Positions 50,600 to 62,704 of a stretch of 64,000 nt of DNA are shown one piece after another. The notes below the pieces were generated by a model that saw only the letters and a list, made by a program, of their open reading frames with translations, had not been told where the DNA came from and searched no databases. The stretch comes from Lama guanicoe (taxonomy: Eukaryota): the NCBI GenBank assembly GCA_013239625.1, contig MU054391.1, positions 2,013,130 to 2,077,129 of the forward strand, given 5' to 3'. Position numbers and translations under genes: made by a program. Position 1 is the first letter of the stretch. Every line of letters begins with the position of its first letter.

Positions 50600-52936
50600 C
50601 TAGATACGACAGAGTCACCATTTAAAACACTGACATACAGAGAAGAAAGACTGGACACAAGGGATCAAGTTTCAGAGAGAAATAAAAATCCTATAAAATC
50701 ACCCTCACTTTCTATTGCTTTTTTTTTCCCACCCTGAGGACCTTAGACAATTTTTCTTACATGGAACAGAAACCAAACTAAAACCGTCATCCAGGACCTG
50801 ACAACAGTCTTGCTCAGCTGGGGAGAAAGAAGTTTTATTTTGGGTTTGTCCAGTGGATGGAAAGTTGAGGTCAAGGATAGAGAAACACAGAGGAGTGAAG
50901 CCCAGTCTGATCTAGGAGCTCTGATGACTTCAAATCCAGCTCCGTGCAGTCAAACTCCCTTAAAAAACAGCCACACTGAGAGCAGCATGTGGGGGCAAGA
51001 GATGAACAGAAACAGCCGTGGTCTCTCCCTGCTGAGGAGGAAGCTTGGAGTTCAAGGTGTGTCACAACGGGGGGGCTTAGGTGGACACTCCAGGCCATGC
51101 ACTGAAATGTTGAGGACCTATATTCCCTGGAGAGAGCTATAGTGCAGGAATACAAGTGCCGAAGGAAAAAGCCAGCCACAGCAAACCCCAAATTTGAGCC
51201 CCAACTGCATCAATGGAATCTGCAGTCATTTGCCTGCAAAGGAAATTAAGTTTCCTCTAGAAAAAACATCACTCAGTGCTTAGATCATTTTTATATATAG
51301 TATTTTAAATGCATAAAATTAATTACCAGACCTACAAAAAGACAAGACCAAATAATTGAAAACAAAGAGACAGACAAAGAAATCACTAAAACAAGTAGGA
51401 GCAGGGCCAAGGGTTCTTTAGAAAAAGACTGTAAAATAATACGATATATTAAAAAGAAAAAAATGAAAAGTGTCACCAAGGAGCTCGAATCTATGACAGA
51501 GAGTCAAATGGAAATTCTAGACATGAAAACTGTGTGATGGTGATCAGGAACATTGGCCAGAAGAAGTGTCCAGGTTGAAGAATACAAAGGAAAAGAAACG
51601 GATATAAAATGCAGTGAAAGGGTGTAATTTATATGTAATTCAGGTTCAAGAAAGGGAGGAGACAGAGAAATGGGGAAGAAGCAGTAACTGAAAAAATATT
51701 ACATGAGAGTTTACATATGCTGAAAAAAGTGCATCATTCTGCAGATTCAAAAAGCCATATGGAACAAAAATACAGTAAGTGTATTTATATTTAAAAGGCA
51801 GGACAGTCAAGCTGCTAAGAGACAAAAAATATTTTCATGATATTGGAATAGGTAAGCTATTTAAAATAGAACACAAAAAACACTAATAAGATTAGTGGTA
51901 AAATATTGGATTTTATTAAAATTAAGCCCATTTTTTTTCATCAAAAGATTACATGAGAAGAAGGAGAAGAAAAACCAGACAGTAGAAGTTATTTGAAATA
52001 AAATTCCTCATCAAAAGCTTTATCCAAATTTCAAGAACATCTAATACCATCATGGAGCGATAGTCACCCCACGAACAATGAGGCTAAAGACTCGAACCGG
52101 CAAAGGCATGTTTATTTGGACAAAACGCATCTGAAATGCTAGTTACAGCTTTAATCGTCAAAGGAAAGCAAAATAGAACTGTGAGATATTAACACACCCA
52201 CCCATCCACCAGATGAATAAATTGAAAATAAAGACCAAACTAAAAAACAAAAGAGGCAAAAAGAAAACCACAAAGGGACAGGACACCTGACAGTCTCGAG
52301 TGTTGGTGAGGACCTGGAACAGCTGGAATATTTATGCATTGCCGAAGGCAGACCCAATCGGTACAACCATTTCAGAAAACACTCTGTAGGTATCTGCTAA
52401 GTTGAACATATGCTTCCCACGTAGGTTAGCACCTCAGCTTGGTGTGTCCCTACCCGCGACGCCTGCATGTGGGCGCCAAGACAGCAGTGCAGGAGAGTGT
52501 TTGCAGCTGCTCTATTTATAACAGACCACCCTGAACACAGCCAAGCGTCCATCACCGTCAGAGTGTGTAAGTAAATACAGTATGTATTTATAAAGTGAAA
52601 AGAGTAAATTTCTACTATATACAACAACGTAATGAATTTCACAGTAATACATTTTAAGGAGAGAACTCAGACATTAAAAAAGATATGGGATATGATTTCA
52701 TTCCTGTGAAATTAAAAAAACAAGCAAAATGAATAAGTGGTGGTAAAGTTCAGAAGAGTATTATTTTGGGGATGGGATTTTGGCTGGAAAGAGGCTTCTG
52801 GGATGCTGTAAAAGTCTACACCTTGTCCTCAGGTCTTGTTAGACAGGTATGTACGTTCGGAAAATCTCACCAAGTTGCCTACTTCAGGCTTTTAAACTTT
52901 ACTGCGTGGAGCTGATCATTCAGCACATCATAAAAA
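50600..52936 (+). mobile_element. Old L1ME-type element, internally deleted (5'/ORF1 remnants, then ORF2 end and 3' UTR)
   Basis: A-rich ORF1-like sequence ('aaatggaaattctagacatgaaaa', 'atatgtaattcaggttcaagaa'), then 'gttggtgaggacctggaacagctggaa', 'ggtacaaccattt' and 'gaggcttctgggatgctg'. Confidence 0.75.
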
Positions 52937-54689
52937 GTGGGTAAAGTACACAGTGCTTTCAGGGACTTAGAAAGAATCATCTGGAGTTGGACACTGGGTG
53001 GCTCCCTGGTCGCACTCTTCCTTTGCACACCTGAGGCTGAGTGCCTCTTAATCAGAACGGTGCTGCCCCATGGAGACCATGCTTCAGTTTCTTGGCTCTT
53101 CTTGCCCCAGTGCTGGCAGGGGCTCTGGCCGGGGCAAGAGTTATGTGAGATGATCCTTTCTGTCATCCTGGATGGAGTTCATACAAGCACAGGTGGTTAC
53201 CTGGGGGAAATGGGGACTAAAAGATTCCAGCTGCTTTGGTGTGGTCACACTGCAAGTGAGTGAAAGATGATATTAAAATTAAATGTCACACCAGACTTCC
53301 CTCTCTCCTGCTGTTGTAATTGGCAGTGTAATCATACAAAGGAAAACGTGGTTGTGTCCCTCTTTCTGCCTCCCAACTTGATGCTTCTGTGCAAGAACAA
53401 GGCATCTATTTCGTGAGGCAAACTCCACTGTGACCCTTTTCTCTGCCTTGCACCTCAGGTCACATTAGGTTTGATTTTTTTCTTTTTCCTTTCAGTCTTT
53501 CTATATGGTGGCTTTTTTCTCCTATTAACTAGTATTTTATCAGTAAGTATTAATTCTCATTTAAATATGTCTTAAAATATTTGCTGCTTTCTTTATAACC
53601 TAGTATTTTTGACATATGATTATCTCTGATGTTATAAAAGATGCTAATAAAATAGAGTATATAGTCATTCATTTTACAAGCAAGTGTTCAGAATCGTGTT
53701 AAACTGGTTCACTAAAAGGCACTTCTGCTATGTGAAAAATGGAAACTAAATTGATTTAATATAATTAAGCAATGAAGGAAAGTCTCACCCCGGCAGTTAA
53801 CCCTGATAGTTGCTAGCTGCTAAGAAATGCCTTGCCCTTGGGCCTTAATTACTGTGCGAAAAATGTGAAGAAATGATTATGGTGCAGAGTGAAAAACTAA
53901 AAAAATGTTCAACTTCCACTTTCAAGGCATGTGCTGTTCTTCACCCACTGATTTCCTACCAGTTAACACTGATGGTGTTATATTATTCTTATATCTTTCC
54001 TTAGAAACCACTAAAACTATTTTGGAAAGCGTATGTATTTATATGAAATGTTTCCTAAAGGCACTTTTGAATTTAAAATCGGGTATTACAAATAGGACTG
54101 TATTTTTTTTGCCTTACAATATTTTTCTTAATTATAAATAGTACTCAACACATGTAGAAATATAGAAAGATTGTAGCGCAGAGAATAAAAACCACTTGAA
54201 ACCCACTGTTAGTAATTTGTTAGAAAATGGAATTTTCTTCTTCTGTTTATGTGTGCATTTATTTAACCTTTCAGGAATCAAACTTACAAATGTCTTAATC
54301 CATCATGTTCACTTATCTTTGCCTAATGAATTTTTTCTTATATGATAAAAATTTTTTCCAGACTTCTTTTAACGACTTCTGTAGCACATAGCAGAAGAAC
54401 AAGTTAAAAGCCTTCTTGTGAGAGAATATTTGGAATTTCCAATTTTTCCAGGGTAAAGACAGTTAAAAGCGCTATGCTTCAGGCACTATATTAGCAGTCT
54501 TCTGACTTTTTGGAAACATGCTTTGAGGTTCGTCCTTGACACTCAGAACCTCTTTCCCCCTTTTCCTTGGTTCTTAGACTGCAGGATGGAGCAAACTCAC
54601 AGAGTCTCAGTTCTGAAAGAGGAGACGGATCATTTCCCCAAATGGAGGAAATCTCAGAGTTGTGTGAAATGAAATGGGAATTTAAAAAA

Positions 54690-55500
54690 CCGGTCCGGTG
54701 TTTAATGTTCCTACGAGGAAGATGAAACATCAGGCCGGTGCTGGGCGGGGGCTGTCCCAGCTGCTCACTGGGCTCCGAGGGGCCGCCAGGCTGGCTTGTA
54801 AAATGCAGGTAAGGGTGGGCCGCAGCAGCGCGGCGTGTGTGCGTTCTGGGAAACGAGCAGCTCGGACGTGCAAATTTCCAGGTGGGTGTAAGCTCTCCGT
54901 GGGCTGTTGTAAGAAAACAGCTGTAGGTGCAATCGGCAACACCGAACTGACGTCTGCATTGCTCTGTCTTGTATATAAAACAAAATTCCAAAGAAGATCC
55001 TGCGAGGTGATCTCAGGCGGACGTGGAGGAGGCAGATACTGGGGACACCCCGGACCGATGCACGTCCCCAGGCCTCGTGGGAACGGGGCCGGGCCGGTTC
55101 ACGGCCGCGGTCGCGCCCCGCCCGTCCGCATGCGCTGCTCCCCGGCGCCGGCGCCGAGGCGGGGCGGCTGGCGCCCAGCGCGCCGATGGTGCGCGCCCCT
55201 GCGCTTCCTGCCGCGTTCCGGCAAGTGTAGCTCTGTCTCAGCGTCCACTCGTGCTCAGACTTCTGCAGGCCCGCCTTCCACCTGCCGTCAACCACGGGCC
55301 GCCAGGCGGTCTGACGTGCCCACCCGAGCCCCCGGGCAGCGCGGCTGCACGCAGCCCCGGTGTTGGTGGGCGAGGCCCCGCATCCGGGCTGGCGCCCGCT
55401 TAGCGAGACCAGAGCCGAGGGAACCCGCGCGCTCACACATTCCCTTCCCGCCCCAGAGCTGAAGGTGGAGGTCAGCCACACACTGCTAGAATCCAGAGCT
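54690..55500. promoter_or_regulatory. CpG island with promoter-type motifs
   Basis: TGACGTC at 54948, TATATAAAA at 54972-54980, GC boxes at ~55116 and ~55157, NRF1-like CGCATGCGC at 55127-55135, ETS-like CTTCCTG and TTCCGG at ~55204-55221. Confidence 0.8.
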
Positions 55501-55919
55501 CATCTGTCTGTTTTCCTGAGTCAGACCTGCCTCCCAGGGCAGACGTGAGACAAATCCTTAGCTGACTTTCTGAGATGCCAGGGCATCCTGGACGCACCGG
55601 ACGGCTGGGCTCACGCCTGGGGCTCAGCCAGCCTCCCCGACTCACGCTCACTCCGAGTCTGAGTCCTGCTTCCTCCAGACTGCCTCTCGGCGCTTGAGAG
55701 CAAGGAAAAAGAGCACAGATTTCTGAATGTCCATTTTTTATGTAAACAATTCACATGTTTGGATATAAAAGAAGGGACACCTGTCAACGTTCGGCACGGG
55801 CTCTGTGCCAGAATCCAGGCTGTGTCTTCACAGGTTTTGTCGTCAACTGCTCGTAGCTCCTCGCGGGTGGTGACAGTGGAACTGTGTGCAGTTTTGTTGT
55901 AACTCAAACAGCAGTCAAA

Positions 55920-56055
55920 CGTCTCATTTCACATGGCTCAAATTAATATTTTTATCCCCATTTTACAGAATAGAGACAAAGAAGTAAAATCATCATAAAG
56001 CAAGTTCTGAACCCCATCTGTCTGGCTTCCAAGCCTGGGAGCGTGTTTGTCCACC
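55920..56055 (-). mobile_element. MIR fragment
   Basis: 'tatccccattttacaga...tgaaccccatctgtctggcttccaagcc'. Confidence 0.7.
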
Positions 56056-57294
56056 ATCAACTTACGAACATTTAGAGAGCGAACACTATGTGCCAGGTGG
56101 TAGCTCATGTGGCTGCATTTGTTCCTCACCTCAGTCTGGAAAAGCAGGCCTTGGTATTTCAGTGGTGAACACGGGGGAACCTCGTCTCCTAGACGCTGGC
56201 TAACCCTTTGGTAGGATGGCGTGGAAATTCCCTATCTCGGATGCTCTGCTGCTCAGCTTCACTCTGGTGCCTGTGGTTTTTGAAGATCAGATGGTCCCTG
56301 TTGGCATTCGGTTCTTTTTCTTCATAACTTTTTCAAAATTTCCATGATAACTTAATTGATGTGAAATCTTTATTACTCGCGCCGATATGCCCTGGCAAAT
56401 CTAGGGCCTGGTACACAGTCAGTGCAGAATAAATACTTATTCAATCAACTGTGAGAGACCAGGGGGAGTAAAGGTTCAACAGTCAAATCTTGCTCTATTC
56501 ACAGCTGGGCCCCTACATGGGCCCTTGGCAGTGGGCAGGGTAGAAAGCACCTTGAAATTCTTTTGCATAAAGGATTTGTGAGCCTTCTAATTCCAAACAA
56601 CTGTCATCTGGGAAAGGAAGAAACAAAGGGAAAATTTCTTCATGAAAAAGAATAGAGACATTTTTAATGATGGGACTGTTACCATGTGAGAGGCTGTTTG
56701 CTCACTGCCCTTTGAACCTGCTGGCCATAGAATAGCAGCTAAGTCCTGGTGATTCGTTCTAGATGAACTGAATGAGATTTTAAACCCTCCTTCTTAAAGT
56801 ATCATTCCTGTATTCCACTCAGCTTGAAAGGAAATTGTGTTCTTTGCTTTTAGGCTTCAGATACAAATATACACAAATGTGAACAATCTTTATAATGATT
56901 AAAATCCCATTTGTTTTGTCGTTTTGATTTTTCTGGGATGGAAAGCGCTTGGCAGTATCTGGTACTGCTGCTGAGCTTCCACTGGCATGCCCTTGAGCTT
57001 CCCCCCAAAAAGGAACTTTGCTTTAAGTATTTCTAAATAAAATTGAACAGAATATAAATGTTCATAGGAGTTTCTTTTTAAATTTACCTTTCATCATTTA
57101 AATGATTCTGTTTTAATCATTTACTGCTTTACCCGAAAACTTACTTTGCTTTTTTCAATAATATTGCTGCTTCTGCTTCATAAACCAGTCACATTCACAT
57201 AGTATGTCCCTTTGCATTTGCCCACTTTTTAAACATAGTTGATTTTCCCCCCAATCTGACTTTCCTGTAGAGTATTTCATTTAAATTAATTTTA

Positions 57295-57450
57295 ATATGA
57301 AAAGGAATATGTATATACATATGTATGTATATATATGCGTATATACATATATTATATATAAATAAAACTGAGTCACTATGCTGTATACCAGAAATTAACA
57401 CAACATTGTAAACCGACTATACTTGGATAAAAAATAAATAAACAAAACTA
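57295..57450 (+). mobile_element. L1 3' tail with TA-rich expansion
   Basis: 'aactgagtcactatgctgtataccagaaattaacacaacattgtaaaccgactatactt' plus an A-tail. Confidence 0.85.
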
Positions 57451-57632
57451 AGCCAGCAATAATGAAAACATAATTTTAATTATAGGTAAAGTTGATTTTT
57501 CCTTGTGGACATTGTTTTCCCATTTGGGGCCTAATATAGTGATAACTTGGCTTACGGAAAGAAAGTTAGCTTTTGTAAGTGTTACCACCTATATATTTTT
57601 TTATCCTGGTAATTCGGAAGCTATAAATCTTT

Positions 57633-57815
57633 TAGGGATAAATTGGGAGGTTGAGATCTGCAGATACTAACTACTATATACAAAATAGAGAAACAACAAG
57701 TTCATACGTACAGTACAGGGAACTCTATTCAATCAATATCTTGCAGTAACTTATGGTCTTATGGTGAAAAGAATATGAAAACGGATACGTGTATGTTCAG
57801 GTATGGCTGAAGCTC
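57633..57815 (+). mobile_element. L1 3' UTR fragment lacking the terminal tail
   Basis: 'gggataaattgggagg..gagatctgcagatactaactactatatacaaaatag...tacagggaactctattcaat'. Confidence 0.85.
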
Positions 57816-58245
57816 AGTTAGCTCATACATCCACTTCCTGAAGGAAAACGATGGGCCGAGGTGGGGGTGCTCTGGAATTTTTGTCCTCATCTTTCGTAAC
57901 TAATTCATTGTTTTCACACTTTTTTAGCCTCTGGAGTACGTCAGCCTTTGCATTATACTTTATAACTGGCCCCATTCTTTCTGAAAGGTTTTTCCGATGC
58001 CCGTAAGTCCTTTGTGAGTTTGCACACCGTGCTTTACGCACTAGCTGGCTGGGGTGCAAGTGAACAGGCTCGTAGGAAAATGACCTGTTTTCTGAGTCCT
58101 CTCTAGGGTTACAGTGGTCTGCAGTCAAATCATGTTGTCCAAAACTCTGTATCTGTCACTAACTTGTTTGTCACTTAATTCATGAAGTAGGAAGCCAAAC
58201 CCAGCCTAATGTGGGCCAGTTATTTTTCTTAACAGGTAAACTTTT

Positions 58246-58371
58246 TGGGGGAAGAGGTAATTAGGTTATTATGTATTTATTCATTTATGTTAATGGGGGT
58301 GCTGGGGATCGAACCCAGGACCTAGTGCCTCCTTAGCACACCCTCTACCTCCGAGCTATACCCATCCCCCC
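58246..58371 (-). mobile_element. tRNA-derived SINE, camelid Vic-1-like, with a 12-bp TSD
   Basis: Minus strand GGGGGATGGGTATAGCTCGGAGGTAGAG...GGTCCTGGGTTCGATCCCCAGCACC (A and B boxes). AGGTAAACTTTT occurs at 58234-58245 and 58374-58385. Confidence 0.88.
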
Positions 58372-59069
58372 GTAGGTAAACTTTTGAATCCATGCTGCTC
58401 TTCGGAAATATGCTCAACAAGGTGCGGTGGTGGTGGTGAGGCGGTGTCCCTCAGCACCGGCGCCGTCTCCGCTCATTGTGCAGAGGCTGCGGGCTTCGTG
58501 GAGGGCGCTCTGTGCCCCACGGGCCTCGGGGCTCCAGCATTTCGTCACCCACGCCAGTGAGCGCTGTGGTCACGGCCAGGACACAGCGCGCACACGCGCA
58601 CAGTTTCTGTAACACTGAGTAACAGTCCCCGGCCACGGGGCAGTGCCGGCGCCCCGGGTCTCCCTTCAGTTCAGATTCACCTGTCTTGTATCCGGGAGAA
58701 AGTCTTTGAAGTTTTTTTGCCACACGCTGGTGGAAGTCACTATGTTCTTGGCCATCTGGCTTGTCTCCCGAGAAGCGGAAAGTGAGGGGCCCGGCCACAC
58801 TGCAGAGCCGCGAGGCGGCCCGGGGGCTGTGGTGCCAGCACCCGAGGAAGGGAAGGACCTCCTGAAGACCCCAAGTAGGGGAAAAGCTCTCCCCACCTTG
58901 GCCTTGTCTGTTGACACCTAGTTTTCTCCCTTGTTCCTTCAACGGATCCCATTGTTTCCCATCATCTTCCGTGTTGAAAGAGGAACGGCTCACATGCTGC
59001 CCAGACGTGAAATAAATGTGGAAGTAAAGGGAGCATCACTGGCAGCGGGAGTGGCTTTGGCTCTTACTC

Positions 59070-59440
59070 ATGTGACGTGTAAGTCACTGGAGGGTTGTGA
59101 GAAGAGGACTAAAGTGAGGTCACTTGGGTTTCAGGAAGATCACTCTAGCTGCTTTTCTGAGAAATGACCTGGGGGAAGCAAGGGCAGAAGGCAGGGGACC
59201 CGCAGGGAGGCGTTTCAATTACACAGGGAGGAATGACTGGTGTCTGGGACCAGGATGCGGTGATGCGCCAGGGATCAATGACGAATTATTGGATTACGGA
59301 TGGATCTTAAAGACAGAGCTAACGAAGCTGCTGATATGTTGGCTGCAAAGTGTGAGATGAAGAGAGAAGGTTGATTCTGAATTTCTGACCTGGGCAACTG
59401 TAAGGATAGAAAATCTAAGATGCAAAATTAAAATAGAGGA
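59070..59440 (-). mobile_element. L2 fragment
   Basis: 'aagtcactggagggtt...aggaagatcactctagctgc...tttctgacctgggcaactg'. Confidence 0.8.
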
Positions 59441-60729
59441 GGTGAGATCAGAATTCTGGCATCTCCTTCGTTTTTTAACTTTCTAGAGGAGGGGAGAGGG
59501 GTGAGGAAGAAGGAACTGAAAAGTATGGAGATGAAGGAGAAGTAACCCTCACCAGCTGAACATCTATAGACAGACCATGCAATACATTTTTTCATATAAT
59601 TCATTAAATCCTCATAAAACACACATGAGCAAGAGATTATTACCCCGAGCTCACAACATGCTCGACTACAGAGATGGTTTCTCAGATGTGACAATTCAAC
59701 TCGTTCTCTCTTTTGTTTCCTTCCATGTTTGCTGCATCCTGCATGGAGACTGCGTTCTTCCTCTATACATGTTAGTTTAAATTTCCTTCAAAACATCAGA
59801 AAAGAATGAGTCTCTAAAATTCCTTTAATCAACGAATCTTTTCATGAGATTCTTTCAGAATGATCACATGTGCATTATTGATTTAAATTGAGTACATTTT
59901 TTTAAGGAAAAGAAATGGGGATGGCTTCAGGGCCAGTGTGGCCGAGAGACACAAGAAGCAATCAATGGGAAAGGTCAGGGGCCTCCGTGTGCCTGCGGGG
60001 TCGATGATGCAGGCAGACCGCCGGAGCAGCGTTCAGGGTGGAGAAGTCAAATATTTATTAACACTGAAGCGAAGATGCATCTGACTACACGGCGGCCGGC
60101 TGGGCTCTGGAAACCTCATTCCAATGAAACACAATCGATGCCACCCATCTGCAGTCTTCTGTTTATTAAATTTTTCTCAGGAGGTGTTCAATTTGTCTTC
60201 CTGCTTTCCCTCAGCCGTCGCCAAAGCCAGGCTGTTAGTAACTCATCTCTAGCTGTTTATAACAGGTAACCAGAAGCTGTCTTTTTCTTTTTTTTTTATA
60301 GTCATTTGATGATACAAAATTAACAAATGATCAGTGTAACATACCTTGAAAAATAAAAGCATATAGAGAATTTTTGTCTTATTCACTCATGTTTCCATCA
60401 TGAAAAGATAACTTATTTTGTTACTATTTTTTCTAGTCTTTAAAAAACTTTTTTCAATTTTATAACTGAATTCGAACTGTGTATACCTATGTTTTTTACT
60501 TAATACTGTAACATAACCATCTCCTCTATTTATTACAGACGCTTCTATTGCTTTAAATGGTTGCATAAGATTTCGCTGCATAGATATACCATTGTTTTTG
60601 ATTATTGTACTTTTGGAGACATTTCTGTTATTCTTTCCTCCTTCCCACTGTGAATAAACTGAGTTGCTACAATTTTCCTGATTTATATTTGCATATAACC
60701 TTATACAATTATTTTACTTAAGAATACAC

Positions 60730-61025
60730 AAATGGTTCACTATATTATCTACAAGCTGAAAATTCTAAAATGTGCATTTTTAACCTAGATCTCCCTGAGC
60801 TCCAGATCCTCCTGTGTAATTGTCCACCCTCCACCTCTACTTGGAATCCCCTAGGGATGCCCACTGGGAACCTCAAACAGTATCCAGGTCAGAGCCTTCT
60901 ATGTTCCCACCTTGTACGTGTCCATCTCTCAGCCTTTCCTGTCAGTAAATTGTACCATCATCCATTCATCTCATTGCTCAGTCCAAAATTCTTGGCATCA
61001 TGCATTTTAACTGACTCCATTAACT
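60730..61025 (+). mobile_element. L2 fragment
   Basis: 'cctagatctccctgagctccagatcc...ccacctctacttgga...cctcaaac'. Confidence 0.75.
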
Positions 61026-61589
61026 CAACAGACATTTAATCACAGAATATTTTTAAGTAGAAAGATATTAGAATATATTCTAGTTATATGTTATAATTAG
61101 AAGAAAATTAGATCCTATTGAACCCATACATTTTACCAATGAGACAGTAGATGATCTGACAGAGGACACATGACAACGCAGCATCAGACTCAGGACTCTT
61201 CTGTAAGAGAATGTGAGCATTCCTCTCTTCCATGGACTGACACCAAATGAAAATTGTTATTCTGAAGAATAGGAATTCCAATGGGAGTTTAAAGAGAATT
61301 TTGTTAAATTCTCGATTTTTCAGGGCTACCAAAGCAGCATAGCAGCTTGAAGAATAATAGGAGCTCGTATTTCTTAAACACTTCATAGCAGATCCTGCTG
61401 GTCGCGTACCTAACCCCGTTCCCTTTGTCTCTCCTTGCATTCAGGGTTCTGGTCCTTTTCTAGTGTCCACTCCTCTCCATGTGTCTCAGAGCAGGAGGCA
61501 TCCAGTCCCAACTCAAGGGGAAAAAATCCGAATTCCTTTGCCAGTTATTGTGGGTTTTTTTTCTTGGCACATTGAAATTTTTTCTCTTG

Positions 61590-62010
61590 TTCCTCCCTGT
61601 TTACATCTGATCCATCACTAAGTTCTTCTTTTCTTTCAAATACATACCGCATCCTTCCACATATTCTGCCTCTTTTGCAACTTTCAAGTGGATTTCGTCC
61701 TTATCTGCTTCCAGGATACTCCTACTGCATTCATGCTCACCCCTGTAGTGGGAGGGACTCTTTAAACAAGTAAATCATATTCAATTTTTACTTAAGCTTT
61801 TCCAATGGCTTCATACGGTGCTAAGAGTAAAATGAAATCCGAAGTCCTTCTGGTGGCCAGTGACATCCTAAATGGCCCCCCTCTTCCTCTGACGTTGTCT
61901 CAGTCCTCCCTCTTCAGCCACACTGTCCTTCCTTTGTTTTGGCAAAAGATCCAAAGCCAAGGTCTTTGTTTCTGAGGTTCTTTTCTTCCAGTTGTATCTA
62001 GTCTTTTTCT
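61590..62010 (+). mobile_element. L2 fragment (probable continuation)
   Basis: 'atccatcactaagttc...cttttccaatggcttc...aaatccgaagtcctt...cagccacactgtcctt'. Confidence 0.65.
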
Positions 62011-62439
62011 AGCATTTAACCCAAATCCACTCAACCTGAAGTCGTCAGCAATAGATGATCCAAGAGCTGCGGCTGGAGTCTCTGGCAGCTAGAGTCCCAG
62101 GAAGCAGGGCGGATGTGCAGTTAAATTGTTCTGAGCCTGAAAGTCCATGCAGGTTGGCCTAGGGAAGCACGTGGCCATCCTCGAGGGCAGGAGAAGAACA
62201 AAAACCAAGCCTGAAATGGATGCTCATGATGGTGGTAAGCAAAGTCGCATGAGCTGGTTCACGGACGAGAAGCTGGTGCCGTTAATTTAAGCAGCCTTTT
62301 CCAGGAGACACGTGGATGCCCGTGACCTTAGTGAGCCGGGAAGGACGCTGAGCCACCGTGGAGAGCTGATCTCAGTTTGGCCATGGTGATCCTCTGCCTT
62401 GCCACCTCCTCTTCGGTCATCTCCTGCTTTGCCATTTTG

Positions 62440-62635
62440 AAGTGTGACTTACTCATCCACATGCTAGATGTATGGGACTGAGTGTTTTTGGATAATTTTT
62501 ACTTCATTTGTGTACCGAGAGACATAAAGTCCAAATTCCTTGATGTTTTACAGAGAATCAAATAAGATTATCTGTGTAAAGTACTACAGTGCCTGATACA
62601 AATATATAGTAAGCAGCAAATGCTCGTGGTCATCT
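62440..62635 (+). mobile_element. MIR fragment
   Basis: 'gagaatcaaataagatta..tgtgtaaagtactacagtgcctgatac...tagtaagc'. Confidence 0.55.
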
Positions 62636-62704
62636 ATTGGCATACTAAATACTAGAAGATAAATAAATGAGGGTGTTTGAGACATTACTCTATATCTGCC
62701 ATCT

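Noticed and set aside
54698..55481. 254-aa and 238-aa ORFs
   Set aside because: Same GC-rich artefact: antiparallel and overlapping, with no recognisable family.
58451..58993. 180-aa minus-strand ORF and possible exon 58681-58799
   Set aside because: A CpG-rich patch open in more than one frame, with only moderate splice sites and no recognised protein.
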